A stretch of DNA of 25,857 nucleotides. Source: a virus (taxonomy: Duplodnaviria > Caudoviricetes). The stretch lies in IMG/VR virus record IMGVR_UViG_3300040985_000942, positions 1-25,857 of that record; one strand, given 5' to 3'. Shown in pieces: positions 7,265 to 16,257 of this stretch. The notes beneath the pieces were generated by a model. The model worked only from the letters and a program-made list of their open reading frames with translations, had not been told where the DNA came from and ran no database searches. Position 1 is the first letter of the stretch; the number at the start of each line of letters is the position of its first letter. The position numbers were made by a program, and so were the translations under genes.

Positions 7265-7633
7265 ATGGACATGAGTTATGAGCTTGACAGAGCAAAGCAC
7301 GCATTCAAAAAAGGCCGTGGGTTTACTCACATGAGCAACCGGCTGAAGAGCGCAATCTTCCGCTCCAAAGTCAACCTTGTGCGCTACATCATGCGTGGGC
7401 ATACTTGCATCATCGGGGCGTCACTGCCGCAAGGTATCTCCATCAGCAAGCAGGGGTTTGACATTTCCGAGGGGTTGAATCTTCGGGGCAAGTTTGCGCT
7501 GATTGACTGTGAGGCTGGTAAGAATCGGAAGAACGATGCAGCCGTTTCAATTCATGGCGGTGCTGAAGTCTACATATCGGACACTAAAATCAATGCAGAT
7601 GGGATGGTTGCGGCGATGAGGCTTTACACGTAA
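7265..7633 (+). CDS. hypothetical protein
   Basis: 122-aa ORF with G-rich RBS that fills the intergenic gap. Confidence 0.65.
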   Translation: MDMSYELDRAKHAFKKGRGFTHMSNRLKSAIFRSKVNLVRYIMRGHTCIIGASLPQGISISKQGFDISEGLNLRGKFALIDCEAGKNRKNDAAVSIHGGAEVYISDTKINADGMVAAMRLYT

Positions 7634-7644
7634 AGGGGGAGACA

Positions 7645-8013
7645 ATGGACAACACCAACGAACTAGCAGCACTCACCGCTGCCCTAATCACAGGCGGCGC
7701 ACACACCGAAACATGCCAGCATTGCGGGGCTCCTGAAGCCGGGGCACTACGTTACAAGTGCGGATCATATTGGCGACTGAACGGTGACACTCCAGAAATG
7801 GTCACCACCGAGCAGTGCCGAATCTTCACGTTGCAACGCACCTCGTGCGAAGCCCTAATCAAGACACTGAACCACCAGAGCAAGACTGAGTTAGTGCGGC
7901 GTATGTTTGTACCACCAACCACCACAAGCGGGACGGAAGAGTGGTCTATCAAGGTCGAACTGGTAGACGTAGCCGACGACCGCAAGAGCCGCTTGAATCT
8001 TGTGGACCGTTAG
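7645..8013 (+). CDS. hypothetical protein with zinc ribbon
   Basis: GGGGGAG RBS; CQHCGAPE..YKCGS..C. Confidence 0.7.
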   Translation: MDNTNELAALTAALITGGAHTETCQHCGAPEAGALRYKCGSYWRLNGDTPEMVTTEQCRIFTLQRTSCEALIKTLNHQSKTELVRRMFVPPTTTSGTEEWSIKVELVDVADDRKSRLNLVDR

Positions 8014-8026
8014 CAGATAATGCGCC

Positions 8027-8182
8027 ATGGCCATTTGCAACAAGTGCGGGGAGAAAGCGGCAGCATGGGAGAATGTGTGCTTCGAATGTCGGAGCAAGGA
8101 AGTTCAGGATAAATTTGACGATGTAGAGGGGGAGGATGATGGACAGTCAAGAGAAAGCGATGACGGGGAAGGCAAGCACTGA
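8027..8182 (+). CDS. small zinc-ribbon protein with acidic tail (51 aa, not in ORF track)
   Basis: MAICNKCGEKAAAWENVCFECRSKE..; no SD, but a promoter-like TTGAAT-17-GATAAT ends 5 nt before the ATG. Confidence 0.5.
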   Translation: MAICNKCGEKAAAWENVCFECRSKEVQDKFDDVEGEDDGQSRESDDGEGKH

Positions 8183-8354
8183 AGAGATACTCAGAACAGC
8201 ACTCATGGGCACGCTGGCCGCCCAGATCAAGAAGAGTATTCCGAACGTCAACGAGAAGGGGCTTTACGATATGACGATGGTGGCATATGACGCCGCTTTG
8301 GTGATGGCTGAAGGGCAGTTGAAATCACAGGAGGAGCAAGACAATGGAGACTAG
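8136..8354 (+). CDS. hypothetical protein
   Basis: GAGGGGGAGG RBS; 72 aa. Confidence 0.65.
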   Translation: MMDSQEKAMTGKASTEEILRTALMGTLAAQIKKSIPNVNEKGLYDMTMVAYDAALVMAEGQLKSQEEQDNGD

Positions 8355-8676
8355 CACATGCCCCAAATGCGGAGCGCCAGAAGTTGCCCCCGGCATCTTC
8401 GAGTGCGGCACCGTGATCAAGCGCAAGTGGTACGGTGTCAAGCGGTACGCCTATCACCATGACTGCATTCAGAACAAGGCGTGCGGGGATGCCTGCATGA
8501 TGCTTGTGATGGACGCTATCAACCGCAAGGCGCAATCGCTGAATTGGCCCCTTGAGGATGTGGTTCACAGAGACGGTAAAAACTTCGGGGATTGGGTTGT
8601 TACGGTGACGTGCAAGAGCCGCAGGAAGAAACCGGCGAACGTGCGCAAGGCTGCGCGGAAGAGCCGCCAAACCTAA
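8344..8676 (+). CDS. hypothetical protein with zinc ribbon and basic tail
   Basis: GGAGGAG RBS; CPKCGAPE..FECGT..C. Confidence 0.7.
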   Translation: METSTCPKCGAPEVAPGIFECGTVIKRKWYGVKRYAYHHDCIQNKACGDACMMLVMDAINRKAQSLNWPLEDVVHRDGKNFGDWVVTVTCKSRRKKPANVRKAARKSRQT

Positions 8677-8682
8677 CCCCCA

Positions 8683-8711
8683 TTGACCCCGCCGCCTCCA
8701 CATGGCACACT
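8683..8711 (+). promoter_or_regulatory. sigma70-like promoter
   Basis: TTGACC, 17-nt spacer ending in TGG, CACACT; followed by GGAGG and ATG 8732. Confidence 0.5.
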
Positions 8712-8731
8712 ACCGCAAACGGAGGTCTCCA

Positions 8732-10051
8732 ATGCGCACACTCAGAAACATTGTATTTCTATCCTGTTTCCTCTTCACCACATCGGCACTCGGGCAGCAA
8801 GTCATCTTGCAAGGGGTGTACAACCCGCTTACCGATGACAATCAGACGTTCCTTATCGATCCAGTCACCGGTTTACCGAGCCAGCAATGCTACATGAGCG
8901 ATGGCACCGGCACTCCCATTACATCGACGGGTGGCAAACTAGACGTAGCCATGGCACTTCCCGCGGGCGGGGCTACTGAGGCGAAGCAGGACGATGCGAT
9001 TGCACTGCTCACCACGATAGACGCCGATACCAGCAAGATCCCGGCGTCACCCGCCACCGCTGGGGCACAAGCAACCGGCAATATGTCCCTCTCAGCCATT
9101 GAAGGCGACTCGGCAAGCATGGCCCTGAACAATGCTACGAAGGCGAATCAGGTGTTGCAGTTGACCGATAGCGGGATTATTGCGGGGGATACTACGGCCA
9201 TATCTGTCGACACTCTCGCCATTGCAGCAGACACCGCACAACTCGTGATCGATATGGTTTCGCTACTGGCGGACACCGCTGCGATGCTGGCCAAACTACC
9301 GACGTTAGAAGACGGCATGCAGCCAACGATTGCCTACCCGGTAATGATTTCAAAGGGGCTAGTTGCGGGCCACGTCGCCCTAAACAAATTTGGATACAAC
9401 CCCGCAGTAGGTGTAGACTGGGAGCCAATATGGGAGGGTTCAGCGGTCTACGACTTCCTGTCAGTTGAAGAAGAGTTCAAGATCAAGAGCGATAGTGTTG
9501 AGGATGACACAGACAAGGGCGGGGCTGTACCGGGGACGGGGGCGTTCACTGTCGAGGTGCAATGCATCAATCAGGCCGGTGCGCAAGTGGTTCAGGTGTA
9601 TACCCTGAATGGCCAAACAGCCGTAGACATGACTCTAGGTGATTGCCTTATCGCATATCGAGCGAGGGTACTCACTGCTGGTACGGGCGGGGCAAACGAT
9701 GGAACCATTACAATCTATCAAAATGACGGGGCCACTGCACAACTCCTGATTACCCCCTTCAACAACCAGAGCCTTCAGGCGTTATGGCCGGTGCCAGCGG
9801 GCAAGACTCTTTATATCACCCACATAAATGCATCCGAAGTAGGCAACCAGAACGTAGAGGTTGGGTTGTTTGTGATGGAGTTGGGGGAGCTATTTCAGAT
9901 CAAGCAGCACGCCATTTTCAAGAACGAAGTATGGGAGCGCCCACTACGTTACCCGATCGTGGCTGGCCCTCAGTCGGTTGTCTACATGGGCGCAAGGGCA
10001 CTAGTCGGTTCAGGGAACGTTTCAGCGATGTTTGATGGCTGGTATGAATAG
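8732..10051 (+). CDS. signal-peptide protein with coiled-coil stalk and beta-rich C-terminal domain
   Basis: MRTLRNIVFLSCFLFTTSALG|Q signal-like N-terminus; heptad IxxDT repeats; beta-rich domain starting ISKGLVAGHVALNKFGYNP. Confidence 0.75.
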   Translation: MRTLRNIVFLSCFLFTTSALGQQVILQGVYNPLTDDNQTFLIDPVTGLPSQQCYMSDGTGTPITSTGGKLDVAMALPAGGATEAKQDDAIALLTTIDADTSKIPASPATAGAQATGNMSLSAIEGDSASMALNNATKANQVLQLTDSGIIAGDTTAISVDTLAIAADTAQLVIDMVSLLADTAAMLAKLPTLEDGMQPTIAYPVMISKGLVAGHVALNKFGYNPAVGVDWEPIWEGSAVYDFLSVEEEFKIKSDSVEDDTDKGGAVPGTGAFTVEVQCINQAGAQVVQVYTLNGQTAVDMTLGDCLIAYRARVLTAGTGGANDGTITIYQNDGATAQLLITPFNNQSLQALWPVPAGKTLYITHINASEVGNQNVEVGLFVMELGELFQIKQHAIFKNEVWERPLRYPIVAGPQSVVYMGARALVGSGNVSAMFDGWYE

Positions 10052-10081
10052 CCCCCCACGCACGTAAAGAAGAGAGCGCTG

Positions 10082-10110
10082 TTGCCGTGGAAGTAGAAAG
10101 GCTGTATGCT
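10082..10110 (+). promoter_or_regulatory. sigma70-like promoter upstream of the packaging genes
   Basis: TTGCCG, 17-nt spacer, TATGCT. Confidence 0.55.
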
Positions 10111-10132
10111 GTATGTAGTAGAGGGGGTGACG

Positions 10133-10696
10133 ATGGCGACCCAGAAGAAAACCAGAAAGAAGCCTGAGAAGCCGGGGCCAAAGCAACCCGACAGACACCC
10201 GATCCTGTTGCTGCCTGATGAGGCTTTTGAACACGCAGCCAACGGGGCAACCGATAGCACCATCCGCAAAATCTATGGGTTGAATAGGCGGGATTGGTAC
10301 AACGGGCTAGAGCAACACGCAGAGATTCGTGAACGTCTACTGCGCGCCCGCAATCAGATGTTTGCTAATGTCGAAAGCGCCTTGTACCGCAGAGCCATGG
10401 GCGTACTCGTCGAGCGGGAAACAAAGGACGGCGGATCGTTTGTCTATGAAGTAGCCCCGGACGTTGCCGCTATCAAGTACCTGCTATCCACGCAGAAGGC
10501 TAGGGACTGGCAGGCAGAGAGTAAGTTGAACGTCAACCACTCAGGCAGCGTTGACAAGAAAGCCCCCGCCCTAGAGGACATGACGCCGGAGGAAATCACC
10601 GCACAGGTCCAAGCGGCCATTGCAGAGCAGGCGAAGCGGGCGGCTCAGGAGAGCGGTGGCGTTGCTGTTGAGTCAAGCGAGACTGTGCCGAATTAG
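10133..10696 (+). CDS. terS: terminase small subunit
   Basis: N-terminal HTH; VESALYRRAMG..VAPDVAAIKYLL..W pattern; position at the start of the packaging module. Confidence 0.75.
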   Translation: MATQKKTRKKPEKPGPKQPDRHPILLLPDEAFEHAANGATDSTIRKIYGLNRRDWYNGLEQHAEIRERLLRARNQMFANVESALYRRAMGVLVERETKDGGSFVYEVAPDVAAIKYLLSTQKARDWQAESKLNVNHSGSVDKKAPALEDMTPEEITAQVQAAIAEQAKRAAQESGGVAVESSETVPN

Positions 10697-10723
10697 ACAA
10701 CCCGCCACCGAATATGGTACCTT
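10694..10723 (+). promoter_or_regulatory. sigma70-like promoter of the methyltransferase-nuclease cassette
   Basis: TAGACA, 18-nt spacer ending in TGG, TACCTT. Confidence 0.5.
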
Positions 10724-10735
10724 CCACTAGAACCT

Positions 10736-10790
10736 GTCAGCCGGGGCGGTGGACTGGAAGCTGTCGCCTTGGCTGGCACCCTTCCAGAGG
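10736..10790 (+). ncRNA. structured 5' leader hairpin, copy 3 (different sequence, same architecture)
   Basis: 17-bp stem 10736-10752/10761-10777 with 6 G-U pairs; loop ACTGGAAG complementary to CTTCCAG (10781-10787), which runs into the SD GAGG. Confidence 0.65.
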
Positions 10791-10797
10791 TTGACAC

Positions 10798-11883
10798 ATG
10801 GAAACGCCAAAGATTGACCCTGCCTTTCAGTCTCAAATCCCACCACTAGCCGAAGACGAGCGGGCCTTACTTGAATCTAGCATTGTCGCTGAGGGTTGTC
10901 GTGATGCCCTAGTTGTCTGGGAGGAAATGGGAGTCTTGCTCGACGGGCACAACCGCCTGTCTATCTGCATGGACCATGGCATCCCGTATCAATTGCTGTA
11001 TATGGCATTTGACGATAGGGAAGATGCGGCTGATTGGGTAGATGCTAACCAACTAGGCCGCCGCAACTTATCACCTGACACCATGAGCCTGATCCGGGGC
11101 CGACGGTACAACCGGACAAAGAAGGCGGCGCACCGTCCAAAGAAAGGGGGTCAAAATGATCCCGTTACTGGGCGTACCGCCGAACGCCTAGCCAAAGAGC
11201 ATGGGGTAAGCGCGCCGACAATCAAGCGAGACGGGCGGTTCGCAGCATCAGTTGAAACGCTCAAGCCAACCATGCCCGACATTGAGCAGCGAGTGCTGGC
11301 TGGTGACATACCAAGTAAGGCGGCAGTGGTGGAGGCCGCAAGGGAACCAGAGACAGCGCCAGAAACACTCGCACGAAAGCCGCACGTATCCAACAACTCA
11401 GGCAACAACGAGTGGTACACGCCAGCGCCATTTGTCGAAATCGCACGGGTTGCAATGGGCGGCATAGACTGCGATCCTGCTTCATCTGAGATTGCCAACG
11501 AAACAGTAAAGGCCGGTACGTTCTACACGGTCGAGGATAACGGTCTTGCTCAGGAGTGGGGCGGGAACGTTTTTCTAAACCCGCCGTATTCACAACCGCT
11601 AGTTGCTCACTTCTGCGATAAGCTCTTGCTGGAAATTGGTAGCGGTAACGTGCATCAGGCTTGCGTGCTCGTCAATAACGCCACTGACACCGTTTGGTGC
11701 CAGGGGCTACTCGAAGCATGCTCTGCCGTGTGTTTGCTGCGGGGGCGGGTTAGGTTCACCGGACCAGAAGGGGAGAAGGGGGCACCGCTACAGGGGCAGA
11801 TCTTGCTTTACTTTGGTTCCGGTTTTGAGGGGTTCGCAAAGGAGGCCAGCGCCAAAGGCGTTGTGCTGTTCAATGGCATTTAG
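10798..11883 (+). CDS. ParB-like domain fused to a Dam-like N6-adenine methyltransferase
   Basis: IPPL..E...LE.SI..EG.RD.LVVW..LLDGHNR..NQLGRRNL (ParB-like); EWYTP..IDCDPAS..DNGL.QEW.GNVFLNPPYS..LVNNATDT.W..GRVRF (methyltransferase). Confidence 0.9.
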   Translation: METPKIDPAFQSQIPPLAEDERALLESSIVAEGCRDALVVWEEMGVLLDGHNRLSICMDHGIPYQLLYMAFDDREDAADWVDANQLGRRNLSPDTMSLIRGRRYNRTKKAAHRPKKGGQNDPVTGRTAERLAKEHGVSAPTIKRDGRFAASVETLKPTMPDIEQRVLAGDIPSKAAVVEAAREPETAPETLARKPHVSNNSGNNEWYTPAPFVEIARVAMGGIDCDPASSEIANETVKAGTFYTVEDNGLAQEWGGNVFLNPPYSQPLVAHFCDKLLLEIGSGNVHQACVLVNNATDTVWCQGLLEACSAVCLLRGRVRFTGPEGEKGAPLQGQILLYFGSGFEGFAKEASAKGVVLFNGI

Positions 11884-12400
11884 GGAAACGCTAAAGTTTG
11901 GCCGTCTTGCTGAGTCTGCGATTGCTCAGTGGCTCATGCGGCGAGGCTTTGCTATCCTGCCAGCCTACGAACTTGAATCAGGTGACAGGTTCAAGGGGCC
12001 ACAATTCTATTGCACGGATGCATCATTTGCCACACCCGACCTGCTTGCTGCCCGACGAAGTTTGAGCGAATGGCAGGTGATGTGGATTGAGGCGAAGCAC
12101 AAGACAGCCTTCAGTTACTACCGAAAGACCGGCGAGTGGTGCACCGGGATCGACCTGAAGAGTTACGCCGATTACATTCAGGTGGCAAAGCGGTCGCCGT
12201 GGCGCGTGTGGTTGCTGTTCCTGCACCGTGGGGGGCAAGCAAAGGATAGCCCGGCAGAGAGCCCGGCGGGGCTGTACGGTAACTCCCTTGAGTACCTGCA
12301 AAAGCATGAGCACCACCGATCGGACAAGTACGCTAACGGCATGGTATACTGGGCAGAGAGCGTATTGAAGAAACTGGCAGAACTTGACGAGGTATTGTGA
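11873..12400 (+). CDS. PD-(D/E)XK restriction-endonuclease-fold nuclease
   Basis: G..AE helix, TPDLLA..WIEAKHK catalytic motif; overlaps the methyltransferase stop; start taken as ATG 11873. Confidence 0.75.
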   Translation: MAFRETLKFGRLAESAIAQWLMRRGFAILPAYELESGDRFKGPQFYCTDASFATPDLLAARRSLSEWQVMWIEAKHKTAFSYYRKTGEWCTGIDLKSYADYIQVAKRSPWRVWLLFLHRGGQAKDSPAESPAGLYGNSLEYLQKHEHHRSDKYANGMVYWAESVLKKLAELDEVL

Positions 12401-13881
12401 CCCCCGAATCCAACCGCGCCCTACTCACCGAGTACCTGCTACGGGAAGCCCGCAAAGACCCCGCCGTGTTCAATCGGTTGGTGTACCGGGACAGCCGCAA
12501 CGGTAAGCCGTGGGAGATGCAGGAGTTTCAACGGGAATGGGAAGAGGCGATTGAGGCGCATGACCGAATTGTTATCTTTGCGCCCATGGGTCACGCCAAA
12601 ACGGAATCCATAGCAAGATCATGGTTGACACGCAAGATTGCCCAGAACCCGGAACTGAAAGCCGCAGTGGTGTGCAACAAGGAAGGGCCAGCGGTTGACC
12701 GTGTGCTGGCCGTCCGTGGTGACATTGAATCAAACCCCCGGTTGCACGCAGTCTATCCCCACCTAAAGCCGGGCGGGAAGTGGCTTGATAGTGCGTTCAC
12801 TGTAGAGCGAGGAATCCACAGCAAAGACCCCACCCTGCAAGCCGTCAGTGTCGGTGGTGACGTTATTGGTGCCCGCCTCGACGTTGGCGTGGTAGATGAC
12901 CCCGTGAACCAGAAGTTGACCTTGACGCATGAGCAGCGCAAGAAGGTGCTGAAGTGGTTCCTGATTACGTTCGAGACTCGATTCGACGGGCGGGGCAAGA
13001 TCGTTGTCATTATGACCAGTTGGCATGAGAACGACTTAGGGCACATGCTTGTCAAACACCACGGCTACCACGAAATCAGAATGGAAGCGTGCGACGCTAA
13101 CTTCCAGAACATTCTTTGGCCTGAGAAGTTCCCGGAAGAGATGTTGCGCCACATGCAAAGCGTCAACCCTGGGCCGGTGGAGTTCGCTCGTGGCTACCGC
13201 AACATAATCATGGACGACTCATTCCGCCGTATCAAAATGGAGTGGATACAGAAATGCTTAGACCGTGGGCTAGGGCTAGACGCTGGAGTAGTGCCGCAAG
13301 GTGCGACTGCTGTCTATTGCGGAGTTGACCCAGCTGGCGGCAGAAGTAAAAACCGTGGCGACTTCTCTGCACTGTTCACATTCGCAACCATGCCCAACGG
13401 TGACAGATACGCCATTGACGGTGAAGAGGACCGCATTACTTCTCCCGAGTTGCGCAGCAAGATAATGACGAAGTGGAACCTCTACCATCCGCTGATATGC
13501 GTCGAGAGCAACGGTGTGCAGATATGGCTAGAGCAGGAGATTGTAGCGCAGTCGGCTATCCAGATTGAGAGCCGTGACACAGGACGTGATAAGTCTGACC
13601 CGTCCACCGGAGTAGAGAGCATCGGTAACGAGATGAACAACGCAAAATGGATTATTCCTTCTGAGTTAGGGCCGGGCGGCAGGGCGATAGCAGCAACCCC
13701 CGGATTGCAGGCATGGGTGGACCAGATGACCAACTATGAACTAGGGGCACATACCGGCGACATGTTGATGGCCTGTTACGTTGCCCGTTGCGTTGCCCGT
13801 GAAAAGGAGAGTTGCCAACCACTAGACGTTAGTGGTATAGATTTTGGTGCAGGCTTAGAGCGAAAGAGCAATTGGAGATAG
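12397..13881 (+). CDS. terL: terminase large subunit
   Basis: Walker A APMGHAKT, G.R.D..VVDDP Walker B, MT.WH..DL, LWPE, and RNase H-like GVDPA..D.SA..VESNG.Q..D motifs. GTG start. Confidence 0.93.
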   Translation: MTPESNRALLTEYLLREARKDPAVFNRLVYRDSRNGKPWEMQEFQREWEEAIEAHDRIVIFAPMGHAKTESIARSWLTRKIAQNPELKAAVVCNKEGPAVDRVLAVRGDIESNPRLHAVYPHLKPGGKWLDSAFTVERGIHSKDPTLQAVSVGGDVIGARLDVGVVDDPVNQKLTLTHEQRKKVLKWFLITFETRFDGRGKIVVIMTSWHENDLGHMLVKHHGYHEIRMEACDANFQNILWPEKFPEEMLRHMQSVNPGPVEFARGYRNIIMDDSFRRIKMEWIQKCLDRGLGLDAGVVPQGATAVYCGVDPAGGRSKNRGDFSALFTFATMPNGDRYAIDGEEDRITSPELRSKIMTKWNLYHPLICVESNGVQIWLEQEIVAQSAIQIESRDTGRDKSDPSTGVESIGNEMNNAKWIIPSELGPGGRAIAATPGLQAWVDQMTNYELGAHTGDMLMACYVARCVAREKESCQPLDVSGIDFGAGLERKSNWR

Positions 13882-13882
13882 C

Positions 13883-15166
13883 ATGGCAAAGCGGCAGAAG
13901 GCACAAACCCCCACCGTTAGAGCCGATGACATAGGCCCCACATCATTCACCGACGAGATAGGAACCACCGGACTAAACCAGTCGTTTGGCTACATCCGTG
14001 AAGATTTCCTATCGCAACTGAATGGCGTTGAGGGTAACGAGACGTGGCGGGAAATGAAGGATAACTCGCCCGTTGTCGGTGCAATGCTCTTCACAATCGA
14101 GGCACTGTTTAGGCAGGTAGCCCCGCAGTTGACCGAAGCCGACCACCCACGGGGAGAGGAAGCACGGGATCTGGTGCTGTCTTGCATGGCTGACATGCAG
14201 CACACGTGGGAAGAGTTCGAGAGCGAAGCCCTTTCGATGTTGCCCTATGGATTTTCCCTGTTTGAGCCAGTCTACAAGAAACGAGAGGACGGGCGCATTG
14301 GGTGGGCAAAGATTCCCATTCGTGCGCAATGCACTATCCGGCGATGGGAGATTGCCGACAATGGCGACATCTTAGGGGCAGAGCAGCAGGCACCACCGAA
14401 TTACACCACGCAGATAATCCCTGAAGATAGATTTGTGCTGTTTCGCACCACGTCGGCTAAGAACAATCCGCAGGGTAGGAGCATCCTCAGAAATGCCTTC
14501 ACTGCATGGTACGACATGAAGCATATCGAGCGGTTCGAGGCTATTGGAATCGAGCGCAATACTGCCGGTTTCCCGATGCTGAAGTATCCTGCTGAATGGT
14601 CCAGTCAGGGTGCAACGCCAGCGCAAAAGGCAGCTCTTGCCGATGCTAAAGAGATGGTGCGACGGATTAGGGTTGACGATCAGATGGGCGTGTGTATCCC
14701 CGCTGTTTTCGATGACAAGGGCAACTCCCTGATGGACTTCAGTCTGATCAGCGCATCGGGTAGCGTAGCCAATGCCGACACCAGCGTAGTGGTTACACGC
14801 AAGACCAACCAAATACTCCAGACGACCATGACAGACTTTATGCAGTTGGGCCACGAATCGTCCGGTTCATGGGCACTCGCAGACAGCAAGACTAAGACCT
14901 TCGCCGTGGCAATCAGCGCATGGCTGAAGGGTATCGCCGCAACCATCAACCGGGTACTCTTCCCCCGCCTGATGGAAGCCAACGCTATCCCACTCGAAGC
15001 AATGCCAAAGTTGTTCTACGGTGACCTTGAAACGCCGGACCTTCCGTCACTAGCTGAATACGTGAGCAAACTTGTGAGCCTCGGAGTAATCACCCCCGAC
15101 GAGACGCTAGAGCGATATCTGCGCAAAGCGGGCAACCTACCCGACGCCGAAATAGACATGGACTAG
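13883..15166 (+). CDS. portal protein (DUF935-like)
   Basis: EIGTTGL..EDFL.QL.G..MLPYGFS.FE.VYK..NPQGRSILRNA..GIER..AGFP..GSWALA; directly after terL. Confidence 0.88.
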   Translation: MAKRQKAQTPTVRADDIGPTSFTDEIGTTGLNQSFGYIREDFLSQLNGVEGNETWREMKDNSPVVGAMLFTIEALFRQVAPQLTEADHPRGEEARDLVLSCMADMQHTWEEFESEALSMLPYGFSLFEPVYKKREDGRIGWAKIPIRAQCTIRRWEIADNGDILGAEQQAPPNYTTQIIPEDRFVLFRTTSAKNNPQGRSILRNAFTAWYDMKHIERFEAIGIERNTAGFPMLKYPAEWSSQGATPAQKAALADAKEMVRRIRVDDQMGVCIPAVFDDKGNSLMDFSLISASGSVANADTSVVVTRKTNQILQTTMTDFMQLGHESSGSWALADSKTKTFAVAISAWLKGIAATINRVLFPRLMEANAIPLEAMPKLFYGDLETPDLPSLAEYVSKLVSLGVITPDETLERYLRKAGNLPDAEIDMD

Positions 15167-15167
15167 C

Positions 15168-16070
15168 ATGCACTTCGTGGCCAACAATACCCCCGTGACA
15201 AGGGCCAGCAAGGGCAAGACAAAAGCGTACAAAGCACTTGAAAAGGGCACCGAGAACAAGATCAAGAAGCTCGCTGCAACATCATTCGAGTACATGCAGG
15301 AAGGCGTAGACCTTGACGGCGTGATAGCAGGCATCGAAGCGGGCAGCGGTGACGTGGCATACGCAGCTACCAACGTAGCCACACGTAGCGCCAGCCTTGA
15401 AGCGATGACCCCCGTCATCGAAGAGGCTTACATTGCCAGCGCCAATATCGCCATCACAGAGATAGCGGTGCCCGGTGGCTTTGTGTTCAATCCAGCAGCC
15501 CCGCATATTAGGCACGTCATAAACGAGCAGGTAGCTACCCGTATAACCCGCGTTACCAATGCAACAGAGTTAGCGGTGCGCAACATTGTCACCGACGCAG
15601 TAAGCACAGGGCGTCACCCATTAGCAGCGGCGAAGCAGATCAAGGGCGGCATAGGTCTAACGCCCCGGCAGACTAAAGCGGCTGAGCGGTTGCGGCAGAC
15701 GTTGATAGAGAAGGGGATCAAGGGTGACAAGTTGGAAGCCAGGATTGCCCGGTACCAGAAGAAGCAACTCAAACTCCGCTCGCAGATGATAGCCAGAACC
15801 GAGACATCACAGGCGCTAAACGGTGGCAGGCAAGAGTTGTGGGAGCAATTACAGAATGGTGGGGCGTTGCCTGAGACTCAGGAAATCAAGTGGGTGACTG
15901 CGGAGGATGAAAGAGTATGTGAGCAATGCGGCCCAATGGATGGCACTATCGTTGGGTTGCGTGAGGATTTCAGTCTAACCATTGATAGGCCGGTTGCAGG
16001 GGAGACAACGTACACAGCGCCACACCCCCCATTGCATCCGTCTTGCAGATGTTCCGTGGTACTTGTATAG
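15168..16070 (+). CDS. minor head morphogenesis protein (Mu gpF / SPP1 gp7 family)
   Basis: R..MIARTET..A..KWVTAEDERVC..C..PPLHPSCRC. Confidence 0.9.
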   Translation: MHFVANNTPVTRASKGKTKAYKALEKGTENKIKKLAATSFEYMQEGVDLDGVIAGIEAGSGDVAYAATNVATRSASLEAMTPVIEEAYIASANIAITEIAVPGGFVFNPAAPHIRHVINEQVATRITRVTNATELAVRNIVTDAVSTGRHPLAAAKQIKGGIGLTPRQTKAAERLRQTLIEKGIKGDKLEARIARYQKKQLKLRSQMIARTETSQALNGGRQELWEQLQNGGALPETQEIKWVTAEDERVCEQCGPMDGTIVGLREDFSLTIDRPVAGETTYTAPHPPLHPSCRCSVVLV

Positions 16071-16077
16071 GAGAGAA

Positions 16078-16257
16078 ATGGAATACGTTGGAACGATAAA
16101 GCGAGTCTACATTGCCAACGGAAAGGCGTGGATAGAGGCCCAGACCGATGACGATGAAAACGAGGTGCGCATTGCGCTTCCAGTTGGATACGCAACCACG
16201 TTGAAAGTGGGCGCATCGTTCCGCATGGAAACTTCGGGAGCCCCATGCCAGACGTAA
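16078..16257 (+). CDS. small hypothetical beta-rich protein
   Basis: AGGAG RBS; 59 aa. Confidence 0.6.
   Translation: MEYVGTIKRVYIANGKAWIEAQTDDDENEVRIALPVGYATTLKVGASFRMETSGAPCQT

Noticed and set aside
11603-11872. N-terminal 90 aa of the 265-aa ORF 11603-12400
   Set aside because: It lies wholly within the methyltransferase gene in another frame; nuclease-like sequence starts at ATG 11873.
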